A stretch of 41,845 nt of DNA from Bacteroidota bacterium (lineage in GTDB: Bacteria > Bacteroidota > Rhodothermia > Balneolales > Balneolaceae): NCBI GenBank assembly GCA_009926145.1, contig RFPJ01000001.1, forward strand, positions 1-41,845, in the 5' to 3' direction. Shown here one piece after another: positions 36,718 to 41,845 of this stretch; the first letter of the stretch is position 1, and each line of letters starts with the position of its first letter. Both the position numbers and the translations under genes were made by a program. The notes below the pieces were generated by a model. The model did no database searches. It was not told the DNA's origin and saw only the letters and a list, made by a program, of their open reading frames with translations.

Positions 36718-38718
36718 ATGAAAAAGTTTAGACTGAAAGCGGTTCAACGAACCTCCAATTTTTCAATTGACTACAAAAATGACTTGAATGAGGCACAGTT
36801 TAAAGCTGTTTCTTCATCGGCTAAACGTCAATTAATCTTGGCAGGGGCTGGTACAGGTAAGACCAAAACCCTGGTATATAAAGTAGCATGGTTAATTGAA
36901 TCAGGAGTACCTGCTGAACACATTGTATTACTCACCTTTACTCGTAGGGCAGCTCAAGAAATGATGAATCGTGCTACCGAATTACTCGATGAACGATGTC
37001 AGCGTATAAAAGGTGGAACCTTTCATTCATTTTGCACTCAAATATTACGAGAACATGGTACATTATTGGGGATATCGAATGACTTTACCATCTTAGATAC
37101 CGCCGACACCCATGATGTATTACATCATTTGAGATCTAAATTTGTAGAAAAGAAAAAAGGAGAGAGGTACCCTAACAAGCAAACTCTTGCAAAATTATTT
37201 TCATTAAAAAGAAATAAGCAGATTGATATACGGGTTCTATTACAACAATTCTATCCACAATTTACTAAGCTCGAAGACTCGATACATGAGCTATATAAGG
37301 CATTCGAAAGTTATAAATCTATACATCATCTCTTAGATTTTGATGACTTACTAACAAAAACACTTCAATTATTCGTAGAGAATCCTAGGGTAGGTGAGCA
37401 AATAGCTTCAACCTGTGAATATCTTTTGGTGGATGAATATCAAGACACCAACACTATACAATCACTATTATGCGAGGCATTTTCGTCGATTCACCAGAAA
37501 ATTACGGTGGTAGGAGACGATGCACAAAGTATTTACAGTTTCCGTGGGGCCAGTTATGATAATATTCGAAACTTCCCTGCATCTGAACATCCAACAGAAC
37601 TAACAAAGCTTGAACAAAATTATCGTTCTACCCCGCAAATACTCAATTTTGCAAATGAATTACTGAAGCAATCACACAATCTGTTCGAAAAAAAATTATT
37701 TACGGAGAGAAATGAAAGTGACTTACCGGCTATTATACCAACTATCGATCAAATTGAAGAAGCCGAATTCTTAACTCAATACATCCTGCACCTAAGAGAA
37801 CATCAGCTAGAATTCAAAGAGATGGCCGTACTTTTCAGAAATGCAAGTGATTCATATCAACTAGAGTTAGCCTTAAATGCCAAGAATATACCCTTTCAAA
37901 AATTTGGGGGTCAAAAATTCACAGAAGCTGCACATATCAAAGATTTATTGGCCTATTTAAGGGTATTAAATAACCCGAACGATACGCTCGCCTGGCAACG
38001 TCTTCTCACGAATATTGAGGGGATAGGACCAAAAAATGCTGAAGATTTATTTCTTTGGATTCAGCATAGTAGCCGTAATGAGACCTGGTTTCAATCCGAA
38101 GAATGGATGACTAAAAGCTACTATAATGAACTTAAATCGCTAAGTAAAGTACTAATAGAGGCCTTTAATTGTAAACCGTGGCACGAATCAATAGCCATGT
38201 TATCGAATTATTATCGCCCCATTTGTAAGCGAAAATATGATGATGTAGAAAAACGCATGGATGACTTAGATGTGTTAGAACAAATTGCCAAACCGTATGC
38301 TTCGATGAATATCTTCCTAAATGATATGGTATTAGAGCCTTTTACGGAATCAGTGATCGATACGCAACATACAAATGAAGAGGAGAGTCCGCTAATTCTA
38401 AGCACTATCCATTCAGCTAAAGGTTTGGAATGGAGACATGTTTTTGTCATTAACTGCTTGGATGGCATTATGCCTAGTATGTTCGCAATGGATAGTGATG
38501 AAGCAATAGATGAGGAGTTACGTTTATTTTACGTTGCTTCTACGCGAGCCAAGGACATGTTGTATTTCAGCCACCCTAGAACATCATATAAAGCTAGAAC
38601 AGGTGAATATTTAACTAAAATGTCTCGATTTTTGGAACCCGTCAAACATGTTATGGAGCCATGGGTTCTAGAACACGAAATCCAGGAGAAGGAAAACTAT
38701 AAGCAATTAGAAAGTTAA
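36718..38718 (+). CDS. UvrD/Rep/PcrA-family superfamily-1 DNA helicase
   Basis: The ORF track starts at TTG 36703. ATG at 36718 (MKKFRLK) is more likely. Motifs: LNEAQFKAV (Q), AGAGTGKTKT (I), TFTRRAA (Ia), DEYQDTN (II), VGDDAQSIYSFRGA (III), QNYRST (IV), TIHSAKGLEW (V), LFYVASTRAKD (VI). Confidence 0.9.
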   Translation: MKKFRLKAVQRTSNFSIDYKNDLNEAQFKAVSSSAKRQLILAGAGTGKTKTLVYKVAWLIESGVPAEHIVLLTFTRRAAQEMMNRATELLDERCQRIKGGTFHSFCTQILREHGTLLGISNDFTILDTADTHDVLHHLRSKFVEKKKGERYPNKQTLAKLFSLKRNKQIDIRVLLQQFYPQFTKLEDSIHELYKAFESYKSIHHLLDFDDLLTKTLQLFVENPRVGEQIASTCEYLLVDEYQDTNTIQSLLCEAFSSIHQKITVVGDDAQSIYSFRGASYDNIRNFPASEHPTELTKLEQNYRSTPQILNFANELLKQSHNLFEKKLFTERNESDLPAIIPTIDQIEEAEFLTQYILHLREHQLEFKEMAVLFRNASDSYQLELALNAKNIPFQKFGGQKFTEAAHIKDLLAYLRVLNNPNDTLAWQRLLTNIEGIGPKNAEDLFLWIQHSSRNETWFQSEEWMTKSYYNELKSLSKVLIEAFNCKPWHESIAMLSNYYRPICKRKYDDVEKRMDDLDVLEQIAKPYASMNIFLNDMVLEPFTESVIDTQHTNEEESPLILSTIHSAKGLEWRHVFVINCLDGIMPSMFAMDSDEAIDEELRLFYVASTRAKDMLYFSHPRTSYKARTGEYLTKMSRFLEPVKHVMEPWVLEHEIQEKENYKQLES

Positions 38719-38753
38719 ATTTAGACCTGAAATAAATATTACATAACAGGTGA

Positions 38754-38791
38754 AAGTCTATGCATAACAACAAATAGACTTAGTTTTTTTT
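38754..38791 (+). terminator. Rho-independent terminator of the helicase gene
   Basis: AAGTCTAT (38754-38761), a 12-nt loop, then ATAGACTT (38774-38781), followed by AG and T8 (38784-38791). It starts 36 nt after the helicase stop. The T-tract overlaps the last codons (KKN) of the convergent small ORF. Confidence 0.55.
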
Positions 38792-39019
38792 CATAAGCCT
38801 GTTATGATTTGTCAAGTTATGAACAATCCAAATAATTGGAAAAGGCGGAAATAGAATGGAGACCCATACCATCCATTGTTTGTATCTAGGTTTTCCTCCA
38901 TCTAGGGGTTGAGTAATTCCAGCAATACCCGACATCCATAGTATAAACAACACAAATAATAGAAGTGAAAGTGCTAAAGAGCCAATAAAGCCAAAATGTT
39001 CAAAAATAGTCTTAAGCAT
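38780..39019 (-). CDS. Small two-TM membrane protein, function unknown
   Basis: 79 aa with an ATG start. Two hydrophobic helices (FIGSLALSLLLFVLFILWMSGIAGI; WMVWVSILFPPFPIIWIV). Faint resemblance to PLD-N-terminal-type small membrane proteins. Coding status is not certain. Confidence 0.45.
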   Translation of the reverse strand: MLKTIFEHFGFIGSLALSLLLFVLFILWMSGIAGITQPLDGGKPRYKQWMVWVSILFPPFPIIWIVHNLTNHNRLMKKN

Positions 39020-39031
39020 AAGAGCTGATGA

Positions 39032-39039
39032 TATATTTG
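39032..39039 (+). promoter_or_regulatory. Candidate -7 box (TATATTTG) for der
   Basis: An exact TAnnTTTG match ends 37 nt upstream of the der ATG (39077). No clear -33 TTTG. Confidence 0.3.
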
Positions 39040-39076
39040 CGTATCTTTAGTGCAAATTACTTAAATCTTCTACTAA

Positions 39077-40384
39077 ATGCTCCCAACAGTTTCCATAGTT
39101 GGCCGACCGAATGTTGGCAAATCTACTATTTTTAATCGTTTACTAGGCGAAAGAAAAGCTATCGTACATGATGAATATGGTGTTACCAGAGATCGACATT
39201 ATGGTGAAAGTTATTGGAATGGAGTGGATTTTAGCGTGATTGACACAGGGGGGTATTTACCCGATGAATTAGACACAATTGTTGTTGGTATACGTGAACA
39301 AGTGATGATCGCCATAGAAGAGTCAGACGTCATTTTGTTCGTAGTAGATGCTAAGTCAGGCATAAACACGCTGGATGAATCGGTGGCGCAAATACTACGA
39401 AGGCAAGAAAAACCCATTTTAATGGTTGCCAATAAAGCTGATAACGAAGACAGGCGTTTAGACTCTACAGAGTTTTATTCACTAGGATTTGATGAACTTT
39501 ATCCAATTTCAGCCATAAGTGGTACCGGATCCGGTGAGTTAATGGATCGACTAGTAGAGTTATTACCTAAGAAAGAAGCTTCAGAGAGTACAGAAAAACC
39601 TAAATTAGCTTTTATTGGGCGTCCTAATGTTGGAAAGAGTAGCTTGGTTAATGCACTTCTAAACGATGAGCGTTGCATTGTAACAGATATAGCAGGAACT
39701 ACACGAGATACCATTAATACCCATCTAACATACCATGATAAAGATTATCTATTAATGGATACCGCTGGTCTAAGAAAACGCGTAAAGGTTAAAGAGAATA
39801 TAGAGTTTTATAGTACAGTAAGAACTGAAAAAGCCATTCGAGAATGCGATGTAGCCGTACTTATTTTGGATGCTGAACGAGGATTTGATGCGCAGGATAA
39901 GAGAGTACTACGGCAGGCTGAGCAGTACAATAAAGGGCTTATAATCGTATGGAATAAATGGGATTTGATTACAGAAAAAGATACACATACGGTTAGAGAG
40001 TTTGAACAAACCGTGTATGAGGCTGTTCCTCAAATGGACTACATACCCATTTTAACCATCTCAGCTATGAATAAACAAAGAATTCATAAGGTATTAGACC
40101 TATGCGAGCAAGTGATAGAGGAGAGAAAACAACAAATTGGTACCTCAGAACTGAATTCATTTATTGATGATATCTTACGGAAAAGACCTCTACCAATGAA
40201 AAGGGGAAGAGAATTAAAAATACAATATGCATCACAGGTCAAGGCAAATCCACCTGTATTTAAATTTTTCATGAATAGTCCTCAGGATTTACCACCAAAT
40301 TATAGACGTTATCTAGAGAACCAAATTCGTGAAAAGTATAAATTCACTGGTGTACCTATCACTATGGTATTCAAACAGAAATAG
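39077..40384 (+). CDS. der: Ribosome-biogenesis GTPase Der (EngA), two tandem G domains plus a KH-like domain
   Basis: 435 aa. G1 motifs GRPNVGKST and GRPNVGKSS, DTGG / DTAG, NKAD / NKWD, and a C-terminal KH-like region. Confidence 0.96.
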   Translation: MLPTVSIVGRPNVGKSTIFNRLLGERKAIVHDEYGVTRDRHYGESYWNGVDFSVIDTGGYLPDELDTIVVGIREQVMIAIEESDVILFVVDAKSGINTLDESVAQILRRQEKPILMVANKADNEDRRLDSTEFYSLGFDELYPISAISGTGSGELMDRLVELLPKKEASESTEKPKLAFIGRPNVGKSSLVNALLNDERCIVTDIAGTTRDTINTHLTYHDKDYLLMDTAGLRKRVKVKENIEFYSTVRTEKAIRECDVAVLILDAERGFDAQDKRVLRQAEQYNKGLIIVWNKWDLITEKDTHTVREFEQTVYEAVPQMDYIPILTISAMNKQRIHKVLDLCEQVIEERKQQIGTSELNSFIDDILRKRPLPMKRGRELKIQYASQVKANPPVFKFFMNSPQDLPPNYRRYLENQIREKYKFTGVPITMVFKQK

Positions 40385-40394
40385 AAATTAGCTA

Positions 40395-41012
40395 ATGTTA
40401 CTTTTAGAGATAACTAATGTATTAATTGGGGTGGTTTCTGCCAGTTGTTTCTTGGCCTTGAGCCCCAGAGCCGTAAGAGAAGACAGTAGTTACTTACGTC
40501 TAATCACACTTGTATATTTGATCGTAGCAGCTACAAATATATCCGTAGGATACATATCAGTAACTTATGCATCTGAAACCATACAATCGTGGGGTAGTTT
40601 TATAAGTGTTGTGGCTATATTATCCACTTTATTCATGATAATTCGTGATTCGAAACCAGTTTTTGCACGATTCCCATATTATCTGACTTTTCTACCATTC
40701 ATTAGTTTGATATTTTTTGGATCTCTAGAAGTGAATATTGCCATTAAAAACTTACTGATTATGATATTTGAGGCTGGTGCTATATTAGTAGGTTTGATAA
40801 TATTCGGAATAAATACCTATCTGTATTCTATAAGCAGAATTTATTTAATAGGTACCCTAATTTTTTTAATCAATTTTATACTTGCTTTTACAGACTTTTA
40901 TAACACATTTAACGGTGAATTAATTGAAGCCATAATTGCTTGCTTAGGAATGATTTTATTTACGTACGCATTATTAAAGAAACCATTTAAGGAACATATT
41001 ATATCACAATGA
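40395..41012 (+). CDS. Polytopic (about 6 TM) membrane protein, function unknown
   Basis: 205 aa, almost entirely hydrophobic helices, with no motif I recognise. Starts 10 nt after der. Its stop overlaps the start of the peroxiredoxin gene (ATGA at 41009-41012). Confidence 0.6.
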   Translation: MLLLEITNVLIGVVSASCFLALSPRAVREDSSYLRLITLVYLIVAATNISVGYISVTYASETIQSWGSFISVVAILSTLFMIIRDSKPVFARFPYYLTFLPFISLIFFGSLEVNIAIKNLLIMIFEAGAILVGLIIFGINTYLYSISRIYLIGTLIFLINFILAFTDFYNTFNGELIEAIIACLGMILFTYALLKKPFKEHIISQ

Positions 41013-41467
41013 ACTATCAAGTAGGAGATACGATTCAACCGTTTTCGTTGCAAAACACCGATGGTACGCAAATTAACATAACAGACTATAAGGGAAAGAA
41101 AGTGGTTTTATTATTCTTTCCATTAGCATTCTCAAGTGTATGTACCGATGAATTGTGTAGCATTAGGGACAACATGAAAATTTATGAGTCGCTTAAGGCA
41201 GATGTAATTGCATTATCTATTGATAGTTTCTTTTCATTAAAAGCATTTAAAGCCGCTCAAAACTATAATTTCACAATGCTAAGTGATTTTAATAAGGAAG
41301 TATCAGATCGGTTCGGTGTCCTGAGTCAAGATTTTTTTGGAATGAAGGGTGTAGCTAAAAGAAGTGCATTCGTTTTAGATGAACAGCAAAAGATTATCTA
41401 TTCAGAGATATTAGAAGATGCCGGCAATATTCCTGATTTTAAAAAGATTCAAGAAGTTTTAAGGTAA
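41009..41467 (+). CDS. Peroxiredoxin, AhpC/TSA (redoxin) family, AhpE/BCP-like
   Basis: 152 aa. VVLLFFPLAFSSVCTDELCSIRD is a peroxidatic-Cys context very like the mycobacterial AhpE pattern FFPLAF..(I/V)C..EL. A second Cys lies five residues downstream (C-x4-C, as in BCP/PrxQ). Confidence 0.85.
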   Translation: MNYQVGDTIQPFSLQNTDGTQINITDYKGKKVVLLFFPLAFSSVCTDELCSIRDNMKIYESLKADVIALSIDSFFSLKAFKAAQNYNFTMLSDFNKEVSDRFGVLSQDFFGMKGVAKRSAFVLDEQQKIIYSEILEDAGNIPDFKKIQEVLR

Positions 41468-41494
41468 GTAGGGAAGTAACATATGATATTGGAC

Positions 41495-41535
41495 TATATA
41501 TTATAAATACATTACTTTACATAATATATATTATA
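41495..41535. repeat. Two copies of the 11-bp direct repeat TATATATTATA, spaced 30 bp apart, upstream of the M48 peptidase gene
   Basis: Read directly: 41495-41505 and 41525-41535 are identical. The second copy ends 7 nt before ATG 41543. Confidence 0.4.
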
Positions 41536-41542
41536 CGAACCT

Positions 41543-41845
41543 ATGTTTAGTTCTCTGAAAAGTCAAAAAATTACATTATTGATAATAACTTCTATCATAT
41601 CTGGGCTTTTAAGTGCTCAATTCTCAACTTCACGTGACGAGATAGAAAGATCTTCTCGCTTAACATGGATGAGAACGAAATTAAATGCTCCAACGCCTGA
41701 AAACCCTCAAATCCAGGTTTTTGTAGAATGCATAACCAATCAATTAATCGCTGTGCTCCCAGAAGAATATCAAAGTATGGATTGGGAGATACTCGTCTTT
41801 CAAGATGACTCCCCAAATGCGTTCGCATTGCTAGGAGGAAAAATT
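41543..41845 (+). CDS. M48-family (BepA/LoiP-like) metallopeptidase; N-terminal 101 codons, since the gene runs off the right window edge
   Basis: Not in the ORF track. My translation from ATG 41543 is MFSSLKSQKITLLIITSIISGLLSAQFSTSRDEIERSSRLTWMRTKLNAPTPENPQIQVFVECITNQLIAVLPEEYQSMDWEILVFQDDSPNAFALLGGKI, open to the window end. It has a signal peptide, and W-E-I-x-V-x(4)-PNAFAL-GGKI is the conserved segment just before the HExxH motif of M48 peptidases. Confidence 0.7.
   Translation, partial: MFSSLKSQKITLLIITSIISGLLSAQFSTSRDEIERSSRLTWMRTKLNAPTPENPQIQVFVECITNQLIAVLPEEYQSMDWEILVFQDDSPNAFALLGGKI

Noticed and set aside
36718-38718. The UvrD-family helicase as part of a defence system (helicases are frequent defence components).
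   Set aside because: All seven SF1 motifs and the UvrD/PcrA-like 2B region are present. There is no fused or adjacent nuclease, methylase, ATPase partner or mobile-element gene. The neighbours are housekeeping genes (tdk, der). It is most simply a repair/replication helicase.

Overview
This is a gene-dense, AT-rich chromosomal core segment with about 39 genes. Only about 1.3 kb of the 41.8 kb lies outside my gene calls.

It looks like an FCB-group (Bacteroidota/Balneolota-like) bacterium. The housekeeping genes almost all lack Shine-Dalgarno sequences. There are a few Bacteroides-type TAnnTTTG -7 boxes, several SurA/parvulin paralogues and a MoxR-vWA pair.

Gene content, left to right:
- 1-3.3 kb: partial ion channel; cyclophilin; a 4-gene envelope cassette (PagL-like barrel, DUF5777-like barrel, YceI, haem-c lipoprotein).
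- 3.3-16.6 kb: HD hydrolase; mltG; TPR plus periplasmic-binding-fold protein; guaA; gcvH; accC; accB; efp; SNF transporter; GH13 debranching enzyme; metG.
- 16.7-27.0 kb: RNase D-like exonuclease; two esterases; thrC-thrB-thrA; alpha/beta hydrolase; PlsC-type acyltransferase; tadA; apt.
- 27.0-36.5 kb: vWA membrane protein; MoxR ATPase; three SurA/PpiD-like chaperones; nupC; tdk.
- 36.7-41.8 kb: UvrD-family helicase; small membrane protein; der; polytopic membrane protein; AhpE-like peroxiredoxin; partial M48 peptidase.

I found no rRNA, tRNA, CRISPR, transposase/integrase, phage or recognisable defence genes. No intergenic gap exceeds 194 bp, so I see no accessory island and no convincing novel system.

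The most interesting observations are at operon level:
- the haem-c lipoprotein/YceI/barrel cassette;
- the three-parvulin + MoxR + double-anchored vWA string;
- a thymidine kinase that has lost two of its four zinc ligands;
- a 16-bp perfect palindrome in the tdk/helicase divergent promoter region;
- a membrane protein translationally coupled to a peroxiredoxin.

Two edge-truncated genes (1-198 minus, 41543-41845 plus) are missing from the ORF track, and I translated them by hand. All family assignments come from motif recognition by eye, not from database searches.
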